A stretch of DNA of 61,503 bases, filler included, from Choristocarpus tenellus KU-1152 (Eukaryota > Protista > Phaeophyceae), in the NCBI GenBank assembly GCA_964200185.2. It is 10 parts of 10 records of this genome, joined end to end, with 100 filler letters (N's around TTAATTAATTAA, not from the genome) between each part and the next. Parts side by side here need not be neighbours in the genome. Positions count along the whole stretch, not along the records: positions 26,148 to 31,813 come from CAXNAD020010086.1; positions 31,914 to 35,071 come from CAXNAD020021879.1; positions 35,172 to 42,926 come from CAXNAD020005636.1; 7 more parts are not named here. The stretch is one strand, 5' to 3'. The position numbers were made by a program, and so were the translations under genes. This document shows, piece after piece, positions 26,288 to 38,359 of this stretch (position 1 is its first letter; each line of letters begins with the position of its first letter). The notes below the pieces were generated by a model. That model ran no database searches. It was not told where the DNA came from and saw only the letters and a list, made by a program, of their open reading frames with translations.

Positions 26288-27045
26288 CATAGCCCACAAA
26301 TACTCCCCTAAGAAAAAGGATAGAGGGACAGGGCGATGGCCTTCATTCCACGTCTATCTATTGGTATTGCACCGGACGTGCACAGCACCTAGGTCCGTCT
26401 TTCTTGCTCTCAGGCGAAGGAACTTTTGTACTTCCTCTCTCCTTCCTTCATACTTGCCCGAGTCATTACCAAACCTGTAACACCATCCTCAGACAAGAGT
26501 CAATCCCTACATAGTAAGAGAGATGGTGAAGAAATTACAGTAATACTCTCCATGTTCCAGCTTGGTCGCTCCAACACCCACAACAGTAGTCAAAGGTACT
26601 TGCTGAAGCCAGCCTGTGGAGAAATTTTCACCCAACTCTCAGGCAGTGAACCAGGTGGTGGTGAAGCACTGATCCCTCAAGCACAACCCCATCCATTACT
26701 CCATAGTGATCACCAAAACAGGTCACAACAGAAAGGCATCATTGGAACCAGAAAGGTATATCTCTCATCCCAAGAAGTGGGGGTACCTCCCCATGTGGGT
26801 GGGGATAGGTGTCATCATCAGGGGTGCCCCATTACACTGCGTGGTATTGTGTGTGTTCCACCCTTGGCCCCTGCAGCAAAAGACGATCATCACACTTGCA
26901 GCACCCTCGAGGCAAAACAGGAGAAAAAAAACTTCTTGTGTGACAGAACAAACCACTTTCTGCTGTAGCCAACTTCAGTTTCAGCTTGCCCAGACCTTGG
27001 TTAGGCGAGGGCTCCTCCCTCTCAATGTATGAATACATCAATAGC

Positions 27046-27177
27046 CACTTGTTGCATGTAGTCCAAAGGAGTACCTTATTTAGGTCACAACTTGTTGCAT
27101 GTAGTCCAAAGGAGTACCTTATTTAGGTCACAACTTGGTGCATGTAGGCCAAAGGAGCACCTTATTTATGTCACAAC
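27046..27177. repeat. 43-bp tandem repeat x3
   Basis: Unit cacaacttgttgcatgtagtccaaaggagtaccttatttaggt. Confidence 0.9.
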
Positions 27178-27899
27178 TCCTTATCGATGCCGTGTTGGTT
27201 GTGGATGACTGGGTAGAGTTGAATCCCAGGTTTCCTGGTGCTTGCAAGGCGTCCTCGGCAATCAACTACTGGCATTGAAAACATCCCAAAGTGAATTACT
27301 CCAATATATCATAGTAGAGATGAAGAACAGCACACAATGCAAAACTACCTGTCACCTGACATGTTTGCTCAGAAGGCTGTGACTGCATAAGGGAAGACAA
27401 ACGCCTGTCGAATACTCAAGAAGACCTCCCTCTACGATGGGATGGCTGAGAGGAAACCAAAACAAATCAACAAACAGGAAGTCTTTGGCATGCAATGCCC
27501 CAAGTCATCGCACAACAAAAACGGATGTTTGTTGATGATACACAGTAGTATCAAGCACTCAATAATATCTACTACTTGCTGAACACAGTACTTCCTTCCT
27601 TCCTTCACCATCAGTTGAAGGCAATTTACTTCTGTAAAAAAACTTAGCTAAGGGCCTATTACGGCATATCGACTCTTAGTTGTCAGCATCACTAGATTTT
27701 TTATTACTGATTTATTATCCAAAATTGAGCATATTTTACCCAACCAACATAGTCAAGTATTGGTTTGAGCTAATTATAAACATTTAAGTCAATGTACGAC
27801 TAATTGTATAAACCTTTAAGCTATGTAATCTACTCTGGTCTAAAAAATCTAATTAATTCCCTGATAGTAAAATCATCTTCAAACATCATAGTAATTAAT

Positions 27900-28128
27900 A
27901 AACCCCTAACTAGGAGACACATCTATTACACTAAGCATTGACCCTAACTCTAACCCTAACATAAAAACATACCACTCACATCAATCAATATCAACCCTAA
28001 CACCAAACTGCAACCCTAACCCTAACCCTTACCTTTAGTCTACAAAAAGCACTAACAATAAACCTAATAAAAAAAATCAACTCTTAACCATAACCCAACA
28101 TTTTTCCCAACCCTAACCCTAACCCTAA
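27900..28128. repeat. Degenerate interstitial (CCCTAA)n telomere-like tract
   Basis: Several aaccctaaccctaa runs. Confidence 0.65.
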
Positions 28129-28170
28129 GATGAGCACCCGTTATTGCTATTGCTGTTGTAGGACACTCAC

Positions 28171-31100
28171 ACCGGCTTTGGAGTCAGTGAGGTTCTGTCG
28201 AGGTACTTCTCAGCAATGATCACAAGAGGCTTCTCCCCCCTCTCTTCAAGAGCCTGTACCACCTGGTCCACCTGTTTCAGTCTAGCAACATTCACACCAC
28301 ACATGAAAAAAAAGAACAAGCAGCGGTAAATCAATCTTCTTTTTTTTAATACTTCAAACGTGACATTAAAAAAAAATGGCGACTGTAAAAAAGGAAAAGA
28401 AAAAGCAGCGGTAAATCAATATTTTTAATACTTTAAAATTGATAGAAAAAAAAATGGTAACTGAAAAAAATAAAAAAAATAGTGGTAAATCAATCCTTTT
28501 TTCAATACTTTAAACGTGATAGAAAAAATGGTAACTGTAAAAAAGGGCAACAACAGTGCCGGGTTGAAAGGTGGGAAATAGAGGGCAAGCTCTCAACACA
28601 TTTTGAAGGATCCTTCTTCACAGTTTGATATGCCTATCACCAGTCCACTATGACAAACATGACAAATAAAGGTACAGGAAAAGACAATGTGACAAACATG
28701 ACAAATAAAGGTACAGGAAAAGACAATGTGACAACCATGACAAATAAAGGTACAGGAAGAGACACTATGACAAACATGACAAATAAAGGTACAGGAAGAG
28801 ACACTATGACAACATGATAAACAAAGGTACAGGAAAAGACACTATGACAAAAAAAGGTACATGAAAGGACACTGTGACAAACATGACAAATAAAGGTATA
28901 GGAAAAGACACTATGACAAAAATGACAAAGGTATAGGAAAGGACAGAAAGAGAATGGAACACTAGGCTAGGCTGTAATGAACGAGACACCTTATCACTCA
29001 GAAATAAAGCCTTCCATGTTTGCTAGGCCAATGAAAGTTCCACCATGATCAGAAACCTATCACTAATGCATTACTTCGAAGTTTAGGTTAACGGTGGAAC
29101 ACCTCCCTTGCGCAACAACTCTAGGTTTCTACACCTGCATGCGTTATGAAAAGAAAAGTAGACACGAAGAGAGGCCCCTTTGAGATATTTTTTTTTAAGA
29201 AAAAGCACTTACAACAGAAATATCCCCAATAAAGCATCAAATCATCAAAGCTCGGAAAACAAGAGCTGACGTTAATAGTAAGACAGAATAAATACATTTA
29301 AATTACAAATATCTATTAAGGTGCTAAGAAGACAACTTAAACTCAATAGTCTAAACCCCTGTCCCAACCCAAGCCCTCAACAAAATAACTCACCAGTCCA
29401 AACCCCTGTCCCAACCCAAACCCTCAACAAAATAACTCACCAATCCAAACCCCTATCCAAACCTCAACCCTAACCCTCCCAGGGGGCATGCAGTAATGAC
29501 ACGTCAAGAGAGGTTTGAGGCCAAGAGGGGGTTGAGACGGCAGCTGTTGGGAATTATACACTACACTGGCCAAACGTACAATATCCAGGCCATCCTATTA
29601 ACCCAAATCATACTCCTGTACCCCTCTATGTTGGCATGACTCTGACATAAACCTTCACACGACTCCCACCTGAAATGCCATGGCTTGCTCTTATGATAGG
29701 CAATATTTGCCGAATCGAGCACCACGGTGAACTCATTTCCCTTTGCCTTCCACCATCAAACAAACAGTGACCCAGGGGAGGAAAGGGGAGGGGTGAGGAC
29801 CACGACACAAACCCTATTGTCAATGGCGTGTTTGACCTGACGACGTACCTCCCCCGCCTACAGTACACTATGAAAACTTTGTTTCAGAAATAGGAGAAGC
29901 AAAATATCTGCTCCTAATCCTTACAACAAAATATCCGCACAAAATCTTACATCATGACTTACAATAAAATATACTCTTTAGAGGAGTACATGAAATGAAG
30001 AAATCCTCAGGAGATAATGTATATATATATATATATATTTAACATGTACAACAAAACTCAAGACGCAATTAAAACTACCAAAACTCCTCTATGCTATCTC
30101 TGTCTATCTACCGAAAATCGTTTCTTGTAACATACATACTAATCTCAACAATAATGTAGATACATACTAATCTCAACAATAATGTAGATACATACTATTC
30201 TCAACAATAATGTAGATACATACTTAATAGGGTTCACAACCAAAAACCTGTCAAGTAAGCAGCTAAGCAGAGTTGACAAGAATAACTTGTTTGACAACAC
30301 GGAAGAATAATATGCATGTGAGATGACGATCATCACACTTCTAACCCTAACCCTAACCCTAACCCTAACCCGAACCCTAACCCTAACCTAACACAAAACC
30401 ACAACTATGTGGGTTGCATTAACATGTGTGATAGAATAGACACTTGCTCAGAAAGAAACATTGACATACACGCCTTCCTGTATCGCCGTACAATAAAAAG
30501 AGCTTGTCCATATTGTACGACGCAGACTGTGTTGGCCAGTGAACACTAAGAAATCAGAGGTCAGCGAAGTGATACAATGTGACGACATTTTCCACCAATA
30601 GCAGTGGTATAAACCATACCAATAGTAGTGGTGTAAATCATACCAACAGTAGTGGTATAAACCATGCCAATAGTAGTAGTATAAACCATGTCAATAGCAG
30701 TGGTATAGACTATATCAATAGCAGTGGTATAAACCATACCAATAGTAGTAGTATAAACTATACCAATAGCAGTGGTATAAACCATACCAACAGTAGTGGT
30801 ATAAACCATGCCAATAGTAGTAGTATAAACCATGTCAATAGCAGTGGTATAGACTATATCAATAGGAGTGGAATAAACCATACCAACAGTAGTGGTATAA
30901 ACCATGCCAATAGTAGTAGTATAAACCATGTAAATAGCAGTGGTATAGACTATATCAATAGGAGTGGTATAAACCATACAATAGAAGTGGTATAAACCAT
31001 ACCAACAGTAGTGGTATAAACCATACCAATAGTAGTAGTATAAACTATATCAATAGTAGTGGTATAAACCATACCAATAGTAGTAGTATAAACCATACCA

Positions 31101-31491
31101 ATAGTAGTGGTATAAACCATACCATTAGTAGTAGTATAAACTATATCAATAGTAGTGGTATAAACCATACCAATAGTAGTAGTATAAACTACACCAATAA
31201 TAGCAAATAGGATTCTCACCCTACCATATCCCTCACATATTACTTAACTTATGGTATATTTACAAACTTTTCAACACCTGTGCGTCCGCGACTCATGTCT
31301 TCTTTTTTTTAATCGTTCTCTCTAAGGGAGGGGAATGACAGTGACTATGACAAAGACCTACCCTTTCCTGATGTAACCAGTCTACGAATATCTGTAGCTG
31401 CTCCTTCTGATCCTCCTCTGCAAAATGATAGAAAAAGCTTGGCCTGCCATCATTAGCGGATGGCTTTGCCTTGTTGAGCATCTTGCTCCAC
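28171..31491 (-). CDS. Partial spliced gene: PRORP-like (protein-only RNase P) NYN-domain protein; exons 31491-31362, 29746-29670, 28281-28171
   Basis: Phase-compatible splicing gives EQLQIFVDWLHQER|AKGNEFTVVLDSANIAYHKSKPWHFR|LKQVDQVVQALEERGEKPLVIIAEKYL. This matches the PRORP NYN N-terminal motifs (F..WL, D[G]AN[VI], Q...VV, PLV[IL]). A possible further exon begins at ~26473. Confidence 0.8.
28310..28545. repeat. AT-rich ~80-bp tandem repeat x3 (intronic)
   Basis: Recurring ggtaaatcaat...aatactt.aaa...aaaaaatgg..actg. Confidence 0.8.
28648..28943. repeat. 39-bp minisatellite, ~7-8 copies (intronic)
   Basis: Unit tgacaaacatgacaaataaaggtacaggaaaagacac(a)tg/ta. Confidence 0.92.
30135..30222. 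repeat. 28-bp tandem repeat x3
   Basis: catactaatctcaacaataatgtagata. Confidence 0.88.
30341..30391. repeat. Interstitial telomeric (CCCTAA)n
   Basis: About eight near-perfect units. Confidence 0.9.
30595..31205. repeat. 24-bp minisatellite, ~25 copies (intronic)
   Basis: Unit ccaatagtagtggtataaaccata with recurring variants. Confidence 0.95.
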
Positions 31492-31724
31492 CTGTTGGCA
31501 CCACCAAGAAAATAATAGTAAATAATAGTAAATAATAAATAATAATTAAAAAGCAAACAACATCACACCACGAGCCGTGTGTCATGGAGACTGCCAATGT
31601 TGTAAAGTACTTAGGTTCAATATCAATCCAGAAATAATGGCAATTCCCTCAACCTTAGCACTTCATCCACTTTGAGTAGTAGTGAACCGATCACAAGGTG
31701 TACTGTGCACCCAATATCTACACA

Positions 31725-31813
31725 GACCCAAAGTATCTGGGGGGGGGGGGGGGGGGGGGGGGGGGGTGGGGGGGGGGGTTGTTGTGGGGGAGAGAGAAAG
31801 CGAGTGTCCTACC
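31725..31813 (+). mobile_element. Family B end at contig break
   Basis: GACCCAAAGTATCTGG + long poly-G. Confidence 0.65.
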
Positions 31814-31913
31814 NNNNNNNNNNNNNNNNNNNNNNNNNNNNNNNNNNNNNNNNNNNNTTAATTAATTAANNNNNNNNNNNNNNNNNNNNNNNNNNNNNNN
31901 NNNNNNNNNNNNN
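31814..31913. other. Artificial contig linker
   Basis: N44-TTAATTAATTAA-N44. Confidence 0.99.
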
Positions 31914-34689
31914 GGCGTTACATCATGATGCCTGCCAATTCTACTGCCGGGGGGGGTGGGACTGGGGGGACAGGGGGAAGCTCAGCCTGGCGGCGGGGTG
32001 GAGACAGCGGACTTAACACCAGCAACAAGAAGGATGGAGGGAGTGGTGCCCATGAGCGCGGCAGTGCTTCTCCTGAAGCAGGCAGGTCTCAGTGCTGGTG
32101 TGTGATGTTGTTGTTGTTGTTATTATTGTTATTACTATTATTGTTGTTATTATTATTGTTATTATTATTATTATTATTGTTATTGTTATTTTTATTATTA
32201 TTGTTGTTATTGCTTTGGTGCCCCGCTGTTATACATCACATTGCTGTCTCCAGTGGCGTGGCCTGGGACTTGTGATAGGGTTAGGGTTCCAAAAAGGAGG
32301 TGGGGAGTTTGTTTGTTTTTTTTTGGGGGGGGGGGGGGGGGGGGAGAGGGAGGAGATAGAAATATAAATAGGAGAATGTAGCAGAGTACCTCAAGAGTCG
32401 TTCGAACTGTGAGAGCTGTAGGCGTAACTGATGTGCTCCCCCTTCTTACGCCCAACAGTTCTTTTTTTTATTGAGGTGAAAGGGTTCGAGTTTGGACAGA
32501 ATCTTGAGTTTTGCTCTGGGTTCGCCCAAGGTATCTACATGCTTGGTGATTAGGTGATTAGGTGATTATGTCATAATGTGATTAGGTGATTATGTGCTTG
32601 GTTTTGTGTTTTGTGTTTTGTTGCGAAACGTTTTTGTTTGTGATTTTATGTTGCTATTATCAGTAGGCGTACATACATATGCACATACATACATAAATAC
32701 ATATTTATGTATGTATGTATGTATATGGATGCGACGAAACAGGGCTAGTGTCTTTTGGTGTATAATAATACTCTCTTAATGGTACGCGCTTGAAACAACA
32801 CAGTAGTGATAGTGCATGATAGCTCTCTGAAGATTAAAGCCGGTGCAGGTACCGAAATACATTCTAATCACACGTCGACATCGTATGGAGTGAGTCCAAG
32901 AATGCTATACAAACTGTAGGCGTTCTTTCTGTACGTGTGTACCCTGAGAATCAAGATTTAGACGGCAAGTTCCTCCCTCGCCCTCCCTCTCTCCTTGCAG
33001 TAGCTCATCCCGGTAACTCAAGCAGCAGTATTTCCTCGTCACTCTCGCCTTCCTCTCTTGTAAAAAACTATGTTTGTGCAGGTGTTGGTGAGCAGCGGCA
33101 TAGGAGAAGGGTGGTAGACAGTGATGGGGACAGTGATGGCTTCGATCATCACCTGTCGGGTGGAGGAGGAACGGGCAATGGTGCGTTCTATGCAGAGGGG
33201 GGGTTGGGAGTTAAAAGGGGTAGGAAGGCGGTTGATCTCCCAACGGGGTGGAGGGGACTCAGGTCGGCGGCGGCTTCAGGGGTTTCGGATGGGGCCAGCA
33301 GCAACGGTGATGATGTGGAGGGTGGGACAGGGGGGGGAGAGTGGAAGGGAGACGAGGTGGAGGTGGAGGAGGAGGGGGGGGGTGTAGTACCTAAAAAGGC
33401 GGATAGTGTAGAAGAAGGGGTTTTTGCAGTACCTAAAAAGGCGGATGGTGTGGAAGACGGGGGTTTTGTAATACCTACCATTGCGGATGGTGTGGAAGAA
33501 GGGGGTTTTATAGTACCTACCGAGGCGGATGGTACAGAGGAGGAAGGAGGTTCTGTTGTACCCAATATGGCGAACGGTATAGAGGAGGAAGGAGGGTTTG
33601 TAGCACCCAAGAAGGCGAATGATACAGAGGAGGAAGGAGGCTTTGTGGTTCCGACTGAGGAGGATGATGCGGAAGAATGGGACGAGGGAGGATCCATCCA
33701 TCGTACGACCTTGAAGAACAAGGATCGGGGAAGGCAAGCCCTGAAGAAGAATGGGAATTGGACTGGGGTGGATCGGTCTGCAGCACCTGCAGTTGCTTCA
33801 CTGATGGAAAATCAGGTACAGGACAGCTGTGGGTTGGAGTGGGGGGGGGGGGTAGGGCAACATTGATATCCCCAGCCCCATTGTTGTATGTACTATTGTG
33901 GTAGACCCTTTTTACCTAATTCTGAAGCTGGTACAACCCTCTGCTACTTCTCTCCAGCGCAAGGACAAGCCAGGTTGTTCTTGGGGGAAAGGTAAGGGGA
34001 AGGCGGGGTCAAGGACTTGTGCATCCCCGGGACTGGGGCGTGTGAAGGCGAAGGCGGAGATGAAGGTTGAGGCAGCAGACTGGGAATTGGCTCGTGCACT
34101 GCAGGAGGAAACTGACATGCAATCTGCATCGAGCTTGGCGGGGGCAGGGGTGGGGGTGGGGGAGATTGTCAGGGAGGGGGTGATGCGCAGTCTTGAGGAG
34201 GAGGAGGAGGAGGAGGAGGAGCAGAAAGATGGGAAGTCTGTTACTGTGCTTGGGGTTGAACTGCGCAGTAAGCCTTTCCAGCGACAAGAGGTGGAGGTTG
34301 GGGAACGAAAGACTTTGGTTGGTGGAGCGCAAGGTGTGGTATTTGGGATAGGAGGTAGTGCCAGAGGTGAAAGTGCAAGTGGGGTTGAGGCCGTGATCGG
34401 GACCAAGAGAGGTATCTGGACTGGGAGAGAGAGTGGTGCAGGGGGGGAAATGGAAGTGGAGGTTGAGATTGATGTGAAGGACTTGTCACCAAGAGTCGTT
34501 GTTGGTGGTGTCTCTGCGATTGGGGGGGGGGATGGAGAGCGTGGGCAGGGGCTGGGGCATGAACACGAGGGGGAAGAAGGGAGCGATGAGGACTTTGAGG
34601 GGTGGGAGTCTGGGGGAGGGGACTCAAAGGAGGAGGAGGAGGAGGAGGAGAGGGAGGTGTTGAGCAACCGAGGTGGTCCACTTTGTCAG
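31914..34689 (+). CDS. Internal exons of a large Gly/Glu-rich low-complexity protein with a UIM-like motif; exons ~31914-32081, 33082-33815, 33958-34689
   Basis: Two long purine-rich open exons (734 and 732 nt) with AG/GT boundaries and compatible phases. Seven ~15-16-aa repeats EEGGF(V/I)VP..A(D/N)G; ADWELARALQEE motif. Family not identifiable; first exon less certain. Confidence 0.7.
32106..32212. repeat. (TTG/TTA)n microsatellite
   Basis: Direct observation. Confidence 0.9.
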
Positions 34690-34997
34690 GTGAGATGAAT
34701 TAAGTAAGCCTTGGAAGTTTTGGGAAGAGGTCTGCCACTGTAGATATGTACCACTGTAGATATGTGCCACTGTGCTGTTTGGTACAGACAGTAGAGTGCT
34801 TGTTGGGAGAGGGGAGGTATTGGAGGGAGAGCCCAAGGCTCCACCATCTTTGCCTTGCTTGATGGTTTCAGGTGAAGATTGGGATTAGAGGTTGTACAAG
34901 GGGCGCAGAGTTTACTGTTGGTGAGATAGGTTCATACAAATTTGAGTTGTGCCTGCTCTGCGAAGATGGCATACCTGCAATCAGTTTAGTAAGGTTC

Positions 34998-35071
<74 letters not shown>

Positions 35072-35171
35072 NNNNNNNNNNNNNNNNNNNNNNNNNNNNN
35101 NNNNNNNNNNNNNNNTTAATTAATTAANNNNNNNNNNNNNNNNNNNNNNNNNNNNNNNNNNNNNNNNNNNN
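35072..35171. other. Artificial contig linker
   Basis: N44-TTAATTAATTAA-N44, preceded by a ~70-nt poly-C run. Confidence 0.99.
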
Positions 35172-37403
35172 CCGGGATCCACCCCCTTTCCCCACCCGCC
35201 CCTCCCCCGATCCTCCTCCGTTTGGGCACCCTCCCGCCCCCCTCCCCCCCCCCTCCCCCCCCCCACAACGGAAAACAACCCCAACAAGCAAAACTTAAAA
35301 CTTACAGATTCAGAGCTTCTACACTGCAAATGCCACCACACAACTACTTCATTCCTGAGTCGACAAGCTCGGACGATTAGGGTAAACAACCTCAATATAA
35401 GAAGGTAAATATATTCTAGCCTCACAAAGTAGATCTGATATAAGAAGCCATCCCACAAAGCTTCCCCCCTTGACACCCCTTGACACCCCCTGACACCGGT
35501 ATTTCTCCCCGGTTTAGGGTTATCTGTCGTGCACTTTTGCAAGCACCAATCAGCTGGGGGAGGGGGGGATCATTGTCACAAAAGTACAGGGTTTGCCACA
35601 GCTGGATTTAAAAAAAAACCCAATAAAAATCAATAGTTTCGCTGTGTTGAAGCAATGCGTCCTTCAAAACGCCGATAATGATTCTCTTCAACACACTACA
35701 CCACACCAGCTCACTTCTGCAGGCAATTCTTGATGCACAGCTCACTTCTGCATTTGACATTTCTCACTTCATTTGGCATTTGACATTTCTCCACCGGCAC
35801 AAAAAGATCTGCGAGACAATCGTACTTCACCCATATTTAAATTCTTAAAAAAAAAATAAAATCCAGTAACATCGATCTACCGATGCAGATAGATGTTCTA
35901 CAGGCCACACACAATAATAGCGGTTATAATAGTAGTTCCGCATATGTCACTGCAATGTCGCATGGTGAAGCACGTAAGCCACGGGACTGAACACCTCATC
36001 AAAAGAGACCAACCAACCGGTCCAAGAAACGTAACGGCACTTGGCACCATGATAATCTTCCTGTATTCCCATATTTTTTTCTTTTCGAAATTTGATGCGA
36101 TTGGACAGGTTGGTGGTTGACACTACCAAAAGATATCAAAGGATGTTATACAAGAGTTCAAACTTACACGGTTGATTGACACAGAGTGATGTGATGTGAT
36201 GCGGTGTTGACTACAATTTCAGAGCCTTCTATGATGGGATCGATGCACATCTTAGGACAAGAAAAATCAATTTTAATTTGTTTTTCCTTTGATGTTGCGG
36301 TTACACATTTTATTTTATTTTTTAAGTGGTCAAAATAATTAAGATCCATAATGGATCTAGTTCTCGGGTAAAGATCATTAATCCCAGCAGTACACACCGA
36401 TAGTAATCTCAAGAAGTTCTTTAATTTAGGATGGGCTGGCCCAAACTCAGGGACTCCAATGAACTTAGTATTGGGACAGTGATACCAATCCATACAAAGT
36501 ATTTCAGAGGATGTTCTCGTCAAATATGACCCGTCACACTCATCTTCCTGCAAAGTGAAAAATTCAGTCACAAACTGCACTTCAGTCTTGCAATATTGTT
36601 CAAAGAGTTTAATTCCACACCTTGACAAAAGGTAACACCCTATCCTGCCTATCCAAGAATGTGTGCTGCATTTGTTCACTTCCAGCACAATTCCTGAACT
36701 TCAAGTTCCTCCCAAATGATGGTTCGTACAGGGCTATAGGTACCCCTAATCCTCCTGTTCTGTTACATTACCTGCCCGACAAATATTGTATCAAAAGTGT
36801 GTTTTTTCTGGCATCCCTAACCCTAACTCAAAACATGAAGGAAATGACTTGATAAATCACGGCACACCGAGCACTTCCTTCCTGACATCGTACAGTCAAC
36901 TTCCTTTCTTTATGCAGGTAAATTTGGCGGCAGAAGTATATCCCTTCAGCTGAGCAAAACAACGAAAAAATTCAGCAATTCAAGCTGATAGGGGATACAA
37001 AGTGGACCGAGTTCCACATTGAAACAGGTGAGAGCTCTCCATACTCTACTTACAACCCAACAGAAATGAGCCGATAATAGTACATGATGAAAGTCCTCTA
37101 GTTTAAGTCGTACAAGTCCAGCGCAACTATGAAAAGTGCCATCTGCTGATTAGCATTAACGTTACTAGAGGCGTGTTGAACATCATTTCCTCCAATCCTT
37201 GTTCTTGAACGTAAAACCTTACACTTATGGTAGGCGTACTACCAGCTCCTGATTAATCTCGGCTTAATTGTGACCTATCATCAAAGTATAGCCTGTTTTA
37301 GCAACCAGCTCTCATTCTCACTACAAGTTGAGCTTGATAACGACGGTATCGCAGGGCTATCCTCGATACCTCATTGAATGCTGTAATCTCTACTGTATAA
37401 TAC

Positions 37404-37889
37404 CTGCATTGTAGGCTGAGTCATTGGGCCCTGGAGAGGGGCATTTTTCCGAGCTTTCTCCAACCTGGCCTCCTTCGCCTTTAATCTCTCACCTAAGCAG
37501 CAACGGGAACGAACGAAGCATTGTGTAATGTGTTATTTCAAGTCATCCCGGCGATTTACAATTCCCACATGAACGAAAGGAGCGACGATAACTCACCACC
37601 TCCCCCATAACTAAATCGACGTGCCCGTTCCTCTGCAGCTTCTGCAGTCTTTCGCCGCTGTTCTTCTCGCTCTTCATCTGTCAACTTTTGGTCAGTCAAT
37701 GATTTGTTAAGTGCGAAATGATCATTTCGACATACCATGAAAATGATACTCTAACAACGACTGGGTCCCCTCTGCCTTTCACGGTGTCCACACACGGCAC
37801 GTTGCGCCATGACATCTCGAAATGTATCAACATACCAGTATTTGTGATCCTTCGTCAGAGTGGCAGCAGCAACAGCACACACCCCCCAT
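37404..37889 (-). CDS. SVIP: SVIP-like small VCP/p97-interacting protein; exons 37889-37836, 37684-37597, 37492-37404, last exon uncertain
   Basis: Spliced product MGGVCCCCCHSDEGSQIL|LTDEEREEQRRKTAEAAEERARRFSYGGG|GERLKAKEARLEKARKNAPLQGPMTQPTMQ. It has an N-terminal MG..C acylation signal and a VIM-like R-x5-AA-x2-R motif, with canonical GT-AG introns in phase. Confidence 0.78.
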
Positions 37890-38359
37890 CTCCTTACTGC
37901 TTACTTGTCCTTTCAAATTTGACAACTATATGTAGGAACATTTGAACTTTTTAATCAGTAAATATTTTTTAGAGATACCTTAAAATTAACGTTAACTGTT
38001 GTTATATTTAGAATATAGTCAGTGAATCTATATAAGAGAGGTCGATATTAGAGAAAAAGGGATATAAGAGGGAGGGTTCATTGCCTCGTCACGACTTTTC
38101 AGGGTGTAAGAGACGTTTCGGCGTTTTCCTCCCAATTCTCTCCTATATCCAGCAAAATTGCATTTTTTTTCACTACTTAACAGAGGGGTTTCACAAAAAG
38201 CCATGTTTAAAGTTAAGTAAAATATAACAAAGTAAGGCACAAAGCTGCTTGACACCACCAGTACACAACATAGCAGTCTTTTGTCTCTCAGTACTCTGCA
38301 CACTAGAGAACATACAATATATCAGATCAAGGGTTAGACTGCATTGTACAGATACAACG

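Noticed and set aside
30341-30391. True chromosome end
   Set aside because: The telomeric tracts are short, internal and in this case intronic.
30561-31219. Ice-binding-like octapeptide repeat proteins
   Set aside because: The ORFs arise from an intronic 24-bp minisatellite and have no unique flanking coding sequence.
33188-34681. Long Ser/Pro-rich minus-strand ORFs
   Set aside because: Antisense shadows of the purine-rich plus-strand exons.
35002-35071. Poly-proline ORF
   Set aside because: Poly-C homopolymer at a contig end; its length is unreliable.
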